Shown here one piece after another: positions 42,960 through 51,859 of a stretch of DNA of 64,000 nt. The stretch's first letter is position 1. Each line of letters opens with the position of its first letter. The notes under the pieces were generated by a model, which saw only the letters and a list, made by a program, of their open reading frames with translations, was not told the origin of the DNA and did not search any database. The stretch comes from an uncultured Planctomycetia bacterium (GTDB lineage Bacteria; Omnitrophota; Gorgyraeia; 2-02-FULL-51-18; JAGOUK01): assembly GCA_964430735.1 (NCBI GenBank), contig CAYSFB010000003.1, forward strand, positions 66,039 through 130,038, in the 5' to 3' direction. Both the position numbers and the translations under genes were made by a program.

Positions 42960-43557
42960 AGCCCTCGCTTTTTTGACGGCTTTTTTGGCCGGGTCGGTGC
43001 CGAGCGCGTGGATCTGGGTCCGCCTGAAGACCGGCAAGGATATCCGCACGATGGGCAGCGGCAATGTCGGCGCGACCAACGTGTTCCGGACGATCGGCAA
43101 AAAAGACGGGATCGGCGTGCTGGCCTGCGACGCGCTCAAAGGCGTCTTGGGCGTGGTCGCCGGCCGCATCATCTGGGCTCCTGATGCCGCGATAGATTTG
43201 CAGTTGGCGGGCTTCGGCCTGGGCATCGCTGCAATTCTGGGACATGTGTTCACGCCCTGGCTCGGGTTCAAAGGAGGCAAGGGCGTCGCGACCGGGGCCG
43301 GGGTCGCACTGGCGGTTTACCCGGTCCCGTTCGGCCTGGCGCTGATCAGCTGGATCGCCGTCCTCAAAATCAGCAATTACATGTCCGTGGCTTCGATCAC
43401 GGCCGCCTATATTTTTGCCGCCGCGACGGCCTGGCTCGTCCCCAACAAGACCCACGCCCTGATCGCCCTGGCTGCCGCCCTCTTCATTTCCTGGACCCAC
43501 CGGGCCAATATCCAGCGGCTCCGGCAGGGAAGCGAACCTAAGCTTTTCCATAAATAA
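42952..43557 (+). CDS. plsY: glycerol-3-phosphate acyltransferase PlsY
   Basis: GSGNVGATN motif. Confidence 0.85.
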   Translation: MREALAFLTAFLAGSVPSAWIWVRLKTGKDIRTMGSGNVGATNVFRTIGKKDGIGVLACDALKGVLGVVAGRIIWAPDAAIDLQLAGFGLGIAAILGHVFTPWLGFKGGKGVATGAGVALAVYPVPFGLALISWIAVLKISNYMSVASITAAYIFAAATAWLVPNKTHALIALAAALFISWTHRANIQRLRQGSEPKLFHK

Positions 43558-43615
43558 TTAAGCACGGCCCCTTGAAATGACCCTCCCGGTCACGCATACT
43601 TCGATATGTAAAAGA

Positions 43616-43634
43616 TTGAATATAAGATATTCAA
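43616..43634 (+). promoter_or_regulatory. perfect 8-3-8 inverted repeat TTGAATAT-AAG-ATATTCAA in an AT-rich intergenic region (candidate operator)
   Basis: Seen in sequence. Sits in a roughly 100-nt AT-rich gap, 27 nt upstream of the ATG at 43661. Confidence 0.4.
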
Positions 43635-43660
43635 TAAATGAACATAACGAGAAAAAGGCG

Positions 43661-44074
43661 ATGAAAAACAGCAAACCGGCCAAAACCAAAGACCTCCGGG
43701 AAGTCCAGATCGAGCGGCACACCTCCGCCAACGGAAAGCGCCGTTTTCTCAAGATGACGGAGCTCATCGAGAAGGACGGATTCATCGCCCGCGCGCAAAA
43801 GAAATATTCGTACTACATCACCGAGCGCCTGGGTCAATTCACCGGCAACCTTCAGGATTGGATGGCCGAAAAATCCAAGGTCATGAACGAGAAGCCCCGG
43901 CACATCAGCGTGAAGCGCATCTTCAACAAGGAGCATGGGATCGGTCAGACCACCTGCCGGACCAGCGGTTCGTTTTACGTCGTCCGCCAGCAAAAAGTCT
44001 TCGCCGTCGCGTTCCTGCACAGCGTCAAGTTCGACATTCTCGGTCCCGCGACCTCCGGCCCCGCGATCGCTTAA
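43661..44074 (+). CDS. hypothetical basic protein (138 aa)
   Basis: ATG 43661 with RBS AAAAAGG. The track ORF starts earlier at 43577 in the same frame, but that start is in AT-rich DNA without an RBS. No family recognised. Confidence 0.45.
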   Translation: MKNSKPAKTKDLREVQIERHTSANGKRRFLKMTELIEKDGFIARAQKKYSYYITERLGQFTGNLQDWMAEKSKVMNEKPRHISVKRIFNKEHGIGQTTCRTSGSFYVVRQQKVFAVAFLHSVKFDILGPATSGPAIA

Positions 44075-44208
44075 TTCCAGCCCTTCCGTTCGAGTGACAA
44101 CCCCCGGTCCCTTTGTTATACTTATCAGCTCAAATTTGGCCGGAATTGCCGTGCATGGATCGGCCTGAAAACCGCGGTTTTTTGACCGTTTGAACGATCG
44201 GAAATCGA

Positions 44209-45216
44209 GTGAAACGAGCCCAGTCCACGATCACGGTCCTTGGAGACGGCGGGTGGGGAACCACCGTCGCGCTTCTCTTGGCCCGCAAGGGTTATCGCGT
44301 CGTTCTCTGGGGCGCCTTTGGCGCCTATCTGGACGAGATGCGCGTGTCGCGGGAGAACAAAAAGTTTCTTCCCGGGTTCAAGATTCCGGCCTCGGTCGTT
44401 TTTGAGGCGGACATCACAAAAGCGGTCGCGGCGTCCGATGTCGTGTTCCTGGCGATGCCGTCGAAGTTTTTCCGTTCGGTGCTGACCCGGCTGAAGAAGA
44501 GCCCGGTCCGCAAGAAGCTTTTTGTCATTCTGACCAAGGGGATCGAGCGCGGGTCGCTGCTCCTTATGGGCGACGTGCTCAAAGAAGAGCTCGGCCCCGT
44601 CCGCACCGTGGTCGTTTCGGGTCCGTGCATTTCGCGCGAGATCGCGCAAGGCATTCCGACCGCCGTGGTCGCCGCGTCCAAGTCGGCCGCCGACCGCGCG
44701 CAGGTCCGCAAGATCCTGAGTCTGCCGTCGTTTACGGTGCTCGAGAGCCCCGACGCGGCCGGCGTGCAGCTGGGCGGTTCGGTGAAGAACGTGCTCGCGA
44801 TCGCGGGCGGAATTCTCGACGGGCTCGGCTACGGCACGAACATCAAGTCGGTGCTCCTGGCGCGCGGGATCAGCGAGATCGTGCGGCTCGGCCGGAAGAT
44901 GAAGGCGAGGCCGGAGACTTTTTTGGGTTTGAGCGGGCTGGGCGATCTGGCCACGACCGCATTCAGCGTGCAGAGCCGCAATCACGGTTGCGGCGTCGAG
45001 CTGGGCAAAGGCGCGTCGCTCAAAGAGGTTCTGTCCCGTTCCGAAATGGTGGTCGAAGGGGTCGAAACGGCCGACTCCGCCATGGCGCTCGCGAAGAAGT
45101 TCAAAATCGAGCTGCCGATCGTCAAAGCCGTCGTGGATGTGCTCCACGAACGCCGCAGGCCCGACGCCATCGTCGATGCGGTGATGCACAAAAAATTTAT
45201 CAACGAATCCGATTAG
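44209..45216 (+). CDS. gpsA: NAD(P)H-dependent glycerol-3-phosphate dehydrogenase
   Basis: ITVLGDGGWGTTVALLLA Rossmann fold. Linked with plsY. Confidence 0.9.
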   Translation: MKRAQSTITVLGDGGWGTTVALLLARKGYRVVLWGAFGAYLDEMRVSRENKKFLPGFKIPASVVFEADITKAVAASDVVFLAMPSKFFRSVLTRLKKSPVRKKLFVILTKGIERGSLLLMGDVLKEELGPVRTVVVSGPCISREIAQGIPTAVVAASKSAADRAQVRKILSLPSFTVLESPDAAGVQLGGSVKNVLAIAGGILDGLGYGTNIKSVLLARGISEIVRLGRKMKARPETFLGLSGLGDLATTAFSVQSRNHGCGVELGKGASLKEVLSRSEMVVEGVETADSAMALAKKFKIELPIVKAVVDVLHERRRPDAIVDAVMHKKFINESD

Positions 45217-45268
45217 TCTTGGTCGGCGCTGAACCCCAGCGCCCGATCTGATCGGTTCGAAACTTTTC

Positions 45269-45347
45269 CGGGGCGTGGCTCAGCTTGGTCCAGAGCGCCT
45301 GCTTGGGGTGCAGGAGATCGGAGGTTCAAATCCTCTCGCCCCGACCA
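45269..45347 (+). tRNA. tRNA-Pro (anticodon GGG)
   Basis: Acceptor stem CGGGGCG/CGCCCCG. D arm GCTC...GAGC. Anticodon stem CCTGC/GCAGG with loop TTGGGGT. T arm GGAGG TTCAAAT CCTCT. Discriminator A and an encoded CCA. Confidence 0.8.
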
Positions 45348-45365
45348 TTTTTCCTTAAAAAGCTT

Positions 45366-46676
45366 ATGGCAAAACAAAACAACGTCGTGCGGGTCGGACT
45401 GCTCGGTCTCGGGACTGTCGGGACCGGAGTGGCGCGTATTCTCACCGAAAAGAGCGCGGATATCCGTCGCGAGACGGGGCTTGAGTTCCGTCTGGCCGGG
45501 GTGTGCGTGCGGTCGAAGTCCAAGAAGCGCGACATCGCCCTCAAAGGGGTTCCGGTTACGACCGATGCCAAATCGATCGTCCGCAATCCCGACATCGATC
45601 AAGTCGTCGAGCTCATCGGCGGCCTCGACCCGGCCGGCGCGCTCATCGCGACCGCCCTCGAGTCGGGCAAAGACGTCGTTTCCGCCAACAAGGCCTTGTT
45701 TGCCGAGCGCGGCCTCGCGCTGTACAAGCTTGCGCGCAAGACGGGCCGCCACATCGGCCTAGAAGCCGCGGTCTGCGGCGGCATCCCGGTCATCCAGGGC
45801 ATCGAGCGCGGCCTCGCGTCCAACCGCATGTCCCGGATCCTGGGCATCCTGAACGGGACCTGCAATTACATTCTCACGGAAATGTCCCGCGGCGGAAAAC
45901 CCTATCCTCAGGCCTTGGCCGAGGCGCAGGCCGCCGGCTTCGCCGAAAGCGATCCCACGCTCGACGTGAACGGCACTGACACGGCGCACAAGCTCGCGAT
46001 CCTCGCGCGCCTGGCGTTTAAATACGAGATCCCGTATTCGCGCATCCATCGCGAAGGCATCGAGCGCATCACCGCCGAAGACATCCGGTACGCGGCCGAA
46101 CTCGGCTACACCGTGAAGCTCCTCGCCATCGGCCGCCGCGAGGGAGCGAACCAGATCGAGCTGCGCGTCCATCCGGCCCTGCTCGAATCCAAACACCTGC
46201 TCGCCAACGTGAGCGGCGTGAACAACGCCGTGCTCGTTTCCGGCGACGAGACGGGGGAGATCATGTTCTACGGACGCGGCGCGGGCCGCCGCCCGACCGC
46301 CAGCGCCGTCGTGAGCGACATGATCGCGATCGCCCAGGCCCGCCGCCACAACGTGAACAACCTCGATCCGATCTATTCGCCCGCGGCCATCCAGCCGATC
46401 CAAGCCATCCGCTCGCGCTACTACCTGCGCTTCCAGGTGCTCGACCGCCCCGGCGTGTTCGGCACTCTCGCGCAGATGCTGGGCAAGCACGGGATTTCGC
46501 TGTCGAGCGTCGTCCAGAAAGAAACGCACAAGAGCCCGGTCAACGTGATCATCCTCACGCACCGCACCGAAGAATCGCGCCTCGAAAAGGCGTTGGCCGC
46601 CATCGCGCGCCAGCCCATCGTCAAAGGCCGGCCGGTGCGCATCCGCATCGTCGACCGCGAGGACGCCGCGTCATGA
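45366..46676 (+). CDS. hom: homoserine dehydrogenase (with C-terminal ACT domain)
   Basis: ATG 45366, 18 nt after the tRNA (the track ORF 45285 start lies inside the tRNA). [16 protein letters not shown]-binding motif. Confidence 0.85.
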   Translation: MAKQNNVVRVGLLGLGTVGTGVARILTEKSADIRRETGLEFRLAGVCVRSKSKKRDIALKGVPVTTDAKSIVRNPDIDQVVELIGGLDPAGALIATALESGKDVVSANKALFAERGLALYKLARKTGRHIGLEAAVCGGIPVIQGIERGLASNRMSRILGILNGTCNYILTEMSRGGKPYPQALAEAQAAGFAESDPTLDVNGTDTAHKLAILARLAFKYEIPYSRIHREGIERITAEDIRYAAELGYTVKLLAIGRREGANQIELRVHPALLESKHLLANVSGVNNAVLVSGDETGEIMFYGRGAGRRPTASAVVSDMIAIAQARRHNVNNLDPIYSPAAIQPIQAIRSRYYLRFQVLDRPGVFGTLAQMLGKHGISLSSVVQKETHKSPVNVIILTHRTEESRLEKALAAIARQPIVKGRPVRIRIVDREDAAS

Positions 46677-47779
46677 AGCTCGGCCAGCAAAAGTCCGGCC
46701 AGCAGCTCGTCCATTGGCCCGGCATCATCGAGCATTACCACCGCTTCCTCGACATCGAAGCCGACGTCGAGGTCGTGACGCTGCACGAAGGCAACACGCC
46801 GCTCATTTATTCGCCCAAGCTCTCGAAGCTGACGAACACGCACGCGTGGCTCAAGTTCGAGGGCGCGCATCCGACCGGTTCGTTCAAGGACCGCGGAATG
46901 ACGATGGCCGTCACCAAGGCCAAGCACTCCGGGGCCAAGGCGGTTCTCTGTGCCTCGACCGGCAATACGTCGGCGTCGGCCGCGGCCTATGCCGCGCGCG
47001 CCGGGATGAAGTGCTTTGTGATCCTGCCGGCCGGCGCGGTCGCGATGGGCAAGCTCAGCCAGGCGATCATGGCGGACGCGCGCGTGATTTCGATCGACGG
47101 GAATTTTGACGACGCGCTGAATCTCGCGCGCGAAGTGACGAAGCTGCGGCCGATCGCGCTCGTGAACTCGGTGAACCCCGACCGCATCGAGGGGCAGAAG
47201 ACGGGCGCGTTCGAAATCGTCGACCAGCTCGACGGCGAAGCGCCGGACTTCCACATCATGCCGGTCGGCAACGCCGGCAACATCACCGCGTATTGGAAGG
47301 GCTATCAGGACTACAAGGCCGCCGGCAAATGCCGCACGCTGCCCAAGATGCTCGGCTTCCAGGCCGCCGGCGCCGCGCCCATCGTCCAGAACAAGGTCGT
47401 GAAGGATCCGCACACGATCGCCACCGCGATCAAGATCGGCAACCCCGCGAGCTGGGAATTCGCCAAAGAGGCGCGCGACGCGTCGGGCGGCCTCATCGAT
47501 GCGGTCACCGACGAAGAGATTCTTTACGCCTACAAGTGGATCGCCGCCGAAGAAGGCGTGTTCGCCGAGCCGGCGAGCGCCGCGAGCGTCGCGGGCCTCC
47601 TCGCGCTGTCGAAGAAAAAGTATTTTGATCCCGTCCTCGCGACGGGCAAGAAGCCGACCTGCGTTTGCGTCCTCACGGGCCATGGCCTCAAGGACCCCGA
47701 CACCGCGCTCAAGACCATCGGCAAGCCGCGGACGATCCGCGCGACGGCCGACGACGTCCTCGCCGAGATCGACCGATGA
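46673..47779 (+). CDS. thrC: threonine synthase
   Basis: PLP motif SFKDRGMT. Confidence 0.9.
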   Translation: MKLGQQKSGQQLVHWPGIIEHYHRFLDIEADVEVVTLHEGNTPLIYSPKLSKLTNTHAWLKFEGAHPTGSFKDRGMTMAVTKAKHSGAKAVLCASTGNTSASAAAYAARAGMKCFVILPAGAVAMGKLSQAIMADARVISIDGNFDDALNLAREVTKLRPIALVNSVNPDRIEGQKTGAFEIVDQLDGEAPDFHIMPVGNAGNITAYWKGYQDYKAAGKCRTLPKMLGFQAAGAAPIVQNKVVKDPHTIATAIKIGNPASWEFAKEARDASGGLIDAVTDEEILYAYKWIAAEEGVFAEPASAASVAGLLALSKKKYFDPVLATGKKPTCVCVLTGHGLKDPDTALKTIGKPRTIRATADDVLAEIDR

Positions 47780-48975
47780 GCGCCGCCAAACGCATTTTGC
47801 TCGTGCTCGACGGCGTCGCCGACGAGCCGATCGAACTCCTCGACGGCAAGACACCGCTGGAGATCGCCAAGACCCCGAGCATCAAGGCCTTGGCGCAGAC
47901 GGCCGAGATCGGCCGCCTCCGGCTTGCGGATTCCAAGATCATTCCGTCGGAAGAGACGACCTGTCTGAACCTGCTCGGCTACGAGGCCTCCGGCGCGGCC
48001 GCCGCGCGCGGGCCCCTGAGCGCCGCGGCGATGGACCTCCGGATCACGGGCGGAGAGTGGCTTCTGGCCTGCCGCCTCGTCACGGTGCTCGACGGCAAGC
48101 TCGTCGACAGCCGCGCCGGCGAGATCGGCGAGCGCGAAAGCGCCGCCATCTTCGAGTCGCTGAATCGGCTGCTCAAAGACCGCGATATGCGCATTTACAC
48201 CGGCGACGGCCGACGCCACGTCCTGGCGATCAAGGCGGACGAAGCGTTCGCCAAACTGGGCGACCTGGACCTCCGCGGGCCCGACGAGATGATCGGCCGC
48301 GACCTTTGGGGCGCCTGGTCCAAGTCCACGGCCGGCGCGCGCCTGAAGGCCGTGCTTGCCGAAGCGGCGGAACTCCTCGAGGCGCACGAGATCAACAAAG
48401 TCCGCGTCGACTTGAACGAGAACCCGGCCAACGCGCTCTGGGTCTGGGGCGCGGGCAAAGCCCTGCACCTCGAACCTTTTACGGCCCCCGGCAAGACCGT
48501 GATCCTTTCGTCCTCGGACGTCTGGAAGGGTGCGGCCAAAGCCGCCGGCATCGAATGGGCGGCTGCGGAAACGGCTCCGAGGCCCGAACCGGCGGACCTG
48601 GCCGAAGTCGGCGTCAAACTCGTCAACTGGACCAAGTCGCACGACCTGGTGATCCTGCACGTGGACGAGGCGGACCGGGCCGGTATGACGGGCGACTTCA
48701 AGAAGAAGATCCGCTGGATCGAAGCTTTTGACCAGCACCTGGTCGCAACGCTGCGCGAGCGCGTCGGGACGCTCGGCGGCACGCGTATCGCGATCGTCTC
48801 GGGCCATGTGACTTCCTCGACCCGCAAGGAGCGTGCATCGTCCGAAGCGCCGTACCTGATCTGGGATTCGGGCGTGGAGGCCGCGGGCGCGGTGCAGGAT
48901 TTTACGGAAGACGCGTCAGCCAAGGGATCCAAGCCCCTGAGCGCCGGCGATTTTTTAAAAAAACTTCTCAAGTAA
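47776..48975 (+). CDS. cofactor-independent phosphoglycerate mutase-like protein (ApgM family); candidate non-canonical homoserine kinase (ThrB2-type)
   Basis: ATG 47776 overlaps the thrC stop (ATGA). N-terminal LLVLDGVAD metalloenzyme motif. Sits where thrB would be expected (hom-thrC-X-lysC). Confidence 0.6.
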   Translation: MSAAKRILLVLDGVADEPIELLDGKTPLEIAKTPSIKALAQTAEIGRLRLADSKIIPSEETTCLNLLGYEASGAAAARGPLSAAAMDLRITGGEWLLACRLVTVLDGKLVDSRAGEIGERESAAIFESLNRLLKDRDMRIYTGDGRRHVLAIKADEAFAKLGDLDLRGPDEMIGRDLWGAWSKSTAGARLKAVLAEAAELLEAHEINKVRVDLNENPANALWVWGAGKALHLEPFTAPGKTVILSSSDVWKGAAKAAGIEWAAAETAPRPEPADLAEVGVKLVNWTKSHDLVILHVDEADRAGMTGDFKKKIRWIEAFDQHLVATLRERVGTLGGTRIAIVSGHVTSSTRKERASSEAPYLIWDSGVEAAGAVQDFTEDASAKGSKPLSAGDFLKKLLK

Positions 48976-48994
48976 CGGGAGCATCGAAACGGAA

Positions 48995-50245
48995 ATGGCC
49001 ACTGTCAAAAAGCCTAAATTGATCGTCCAAAAGTTCGGCGGGTCCAGCGTCGCCAACCCCGAGCGCATCCAGCGCGTCGCCAAGCGCATCGCCAAGACCC
49101 GCGCCGCGGGCAACCGCGTCGTCGTGATCGTGAGCGCGCTCGGCGACACGACCGACGACTTGCTCGACCTGTGCGGCAAGCTGACGCAGAACCCGTCACG
49201 CCGCGAGCTCGACATGCTGCTTTCGACGGGCGAGCAGATCTCGACCGCGCTCATGGCGATGGCATTGCACGAACTCGGCGTGGGAGCGATCTCGCTCAAC
49301 GGTTATCAGGTCGGCATCAAGACCGACTCGTCGCACACTCGGGCGCGCATTCTCGGCATCCGCCGCGAGCGCATCACCAAGGAGCTCGACGCGGGCAAAG
49401 TCGTCATCGTCGCCGGCTTCCAGGGCATCGACGCCAACATGGAGATCACGACACTCGGCCGCGGCGGTTCGGACCTCACGGCGGTGGCCGTGGCCAATGC
49501 GCTCAAGGCCGACGCGTGCGAGATCTACACCGACGTGAACGGAATTTATACGACCGATCCGCGCATTCTTCCGGATGCGCGCAAGATCGACCGGATCAGC
49601 TACGAAGAAATGCTCGAGATGGCGTCCGCCGGAGCGCAGGTCATGCAGGCCCGCTCGATCGAGGTCGCCGGCAAATACGACGTGCCTCTGCACGTGCGCT
49701 CGAGCATGAACGAAGAGCAGGGAACTTGGATCATCAAAGGAGACAAATCGATGGAAAAGATTCTGGTCCGCGGCGTCACCGTCAGCAAAAAAGAAGCCAA
49801 GATCACGATCGCGGACGTCCCCGACCGTCCTGGCATCGCCGGCAACATTTTCCGCGAAGTCGCCAAGGCCGGCGTCAACGTCGACATGATCGTCCAGAAC
49901 GTGGGCCGCACGGGCAAGACCGACATTTCGTTCACCGTCCCCGCCGACGACGTGAATACGGCGCTCAAGGCCATTAGCGAAATCCGCCCGGTCATCGCGA
50001 AGAAGCAGATCATCGTCGACAAGAACATCGCCAAGGTCTCCGTCGTCGGCGTCGGCATGCGCAGCCATTCGGGCGTCGCGGCCGACATGTTCGAAGTCCT
50101 CGGCAAGAGCAAGATCAACATCGACATGATCTCGACCAGCGAGATCAAGATCGCCGTCACGGTCTCCGGCAAAGACGCCGACCGCGCGGTCAAGGTCCTG
50201 CACGATCATTTCGTGACGAAAAAAGACCAGTACATGTCCGTCTAA
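48995..50245 (+). CDS. lysC: aspartate kinase (two C-terminal ACT domains)
   Basis: KFGGSSV...VVVIVSALGDTTD. Confidence 0.9.
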   Translation: MATVKKPKLIVQKFGGSSVANPERIQRVAKRIAKTRAAGNRVVVIVSALGDTTDDLLDLCGKLTQNPSRRELDMLLSTGEQISTALMAMALHELGVGAISLNGYQVGIKTDSSHTRARILGIRRERITKELDAGKVVIVAGFQGIDANMEITTLGRGGSDLTAVAVANALKADACEIYTDVNGIYTTDPRILPDARKIDRISYEEMLEMASAGAQVMQARSIEVAGKYDVPLHVRSSMNEEQGTWIIKGDKSMEKILVRGVTVSKKEAKITIADVPDRPGIAGNIFREVAKAGVNVDMIVQNVGRTGKTDISFTVPADDVNTALKAISEIRPVIAKKQIIVDKNIAKVSVVGVGMRSHSGVAADMFEVLGKSKINIDMISTSEIKIAVTVSGKDADRAVKVLHDHFVTKKDQYMSV

Positions 50246-50272
50246 GGACATTCGAAGACAAAAAAGGCATTT

Positions 50273-51859
50273 ATGAAAAAGTCCGCAGCCAAACTCAAGC
50301 TCCAGCAGGTCGAAATCTACGACACCACGCTCCGGGATGGATCCCAGGGCGAGGGGATTTCGTATTCCGTGCAGGACAAGCTGCGTATCGCCGAGAAGCT
50401 CGATCAACTCGGCGTGACCTTCATCGAAGGCGGCTGGCCCGGCTCCAACCCCAAGGATCAGCAATTCTTCAAGCTGGCCAAGAAGATCAAGTTCAAGCAC
50501 GCCAAGCTGGCCGCGTTCGGCTCGACCCGCCGCGCCGGTATCAAGGCCGCCGACGACACGAACCTCAAGGACCTGGTCGCCGCGCAGACGCCCGTCGTCA
50601 CGATCTTCGGCAAGACCTGGGACTTCCACGTCAAGGAAGCCCTGCGCGTCCCGCTGCAGGAGAACCTCGACATGATCACCGACTCCGTCCGATTCCTTCG
50701 GTCGAAGGGCCGCGAAGTCGTTTACGATGCGGAACACTTTTTTGACGGCTACAAGGCCAACCCCGAGTACGCGCTGCGCACGCTGCAGGCGGCCTATGCC
50801 GCGGGCGCGCGGACGCTCGTCCTGTGCGACACCAACGGCGGCACGCTGCCGTCCGAGATCGCCAGGATCGTGAGCGAAGTGGCCGCGCTCACGGACGCGC
50901 CGCTGGGCATCCACACGCACAACGACTCCGGGACCGGCGTCGCCAACGCTTTGGCCGCCGTCGAATCCGGCGCGCGCCACGTGCAGGGAACGGTGAACGG
51001 CTTCGGCGAGCGCTGCGGCAACTCCGACCTCGTGGCCTTGATCGCCAATCTCCAGCTCAAGATGGGCTTCCATTGCATCGCAGAAAGCCAGATGAAGCAT
51101 CTTACCGAGACCGCGCACTACATCGGCGAAGTTGCGAACCTCGTGATCCAGAACAATCAGCCCTATGTCGGCAAAAGCGCCTTCGCCCACAAGGGCGGCG
51201 TCCACATCAACGCCATGCTCAAGAATCCGCAGACCTACGAGCACATCCTCCCGGAAACGGTCGGTAACACACGCCGCTTCCTGACGAGCGAGCTCTCCGG
51301 CAAGTCCAACATCATGATCAAGGCCCAGGCGTTCGACGCGTCCCTGACGAAAGAAAGCCCCAAGACCAAGAAGATCCACGAACTCGTCCAAAAATTAGAA
51401 AACGAAGGCTTCCAATTCGAAGCCGCCGAAGCCAGCTTCGAGCTCCTCGTCCACAAGGAGCTCAAGAAGCACAAGCCGTTCTTCGACGTGCTCGGCTACA
51501 AGTCCGTCGTCATCGCCGAAGGCGGTTCCGCTCCAGTGAGCGAAGCGACTGTCCACCTCAAGGTGAAGGGCAAAGAAGAGCTCGTGGCCGCGCAGGGCGA
51601 CGGTCCTGTGAACGCGCTCGACTCCGCGCTGCGCAAGGCGCTCATCCCGTCGTATCCGCAGCTCAAAGACATGCACCTCTCCGACTTCAAAGTCCGCGTG
51701 ATCGATCAGAAGTCCGGCACCGCGGCCAAAGTCCGCGTCTTCGTCGAATCCGTCGACGAGAACGGCTCCTGGACGACCGTGGGTATCAACGAGAACGTGA
51801 TCGAAGCCTCCTGGCGCGCGCTCGTCGACTCGATCGAATACAAGCTCCTCAAGCGATGA
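50273..51859 (+). CDS. cimA: (R)-citramalate synthase (LeuA/CimA family, TIGR00977-like)
   Basis: YDTTLRDGSQGEG...GGWPGSNPKD. 528 aa with a LeuA-dimer C-terminal domain. Sits next to aspartate kinase, as in Geobacter. Confidence 0.65.
   Translation: MKKSAAKLKLQQVEIYDTTLRDGSQGEGISYSVQDKLRIAEKLDQLGVTFIEGGWPGSNPKDQQFFKLAKKIKFKHAKLAAFGSTRRAGIKAADDTNLKDLVAAQTPVVTIFGKTWDFHVKEALRVPLQENLDMITDSVRFLRSKGREVVYDAEHFFDGYKANPEYALRTLQAAYAAGARTLVLCDTNGGTLPSEIARIVSEVAALTDAPLGIHTHNDSGTGVANALAAVESGARHVQGTVNGFGERCGNSDLVALIANLQLKMGFHCIAESQMKHLTETAHYIGEVANLVIQNNQPYVGKSAFAHKGGVHINAMLKNPQTYEHILPETVGNTRRFLTSELSGKSNIMIKAQAFDASLTKESPKTKKIHELVQKLENEGFQFEAAEASFELLVHKELKKHKPFFDVLGYKSVVIAEGGSAPVSEATVHLKVKGKEELVAAQGDGPVNALDSALRKALIPSYPQLKDMHLSDFKVRVIDQKSGTAAKVRVFVESVDENGSWTTVGINENVIEASWRALVDSIEYKLLKR

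Noticed and set aside
44125-45189. 354-aa minus ORF antisense to gpsA
   Set aside because: No domain, antisense to a well-supported gene, low-complexity.
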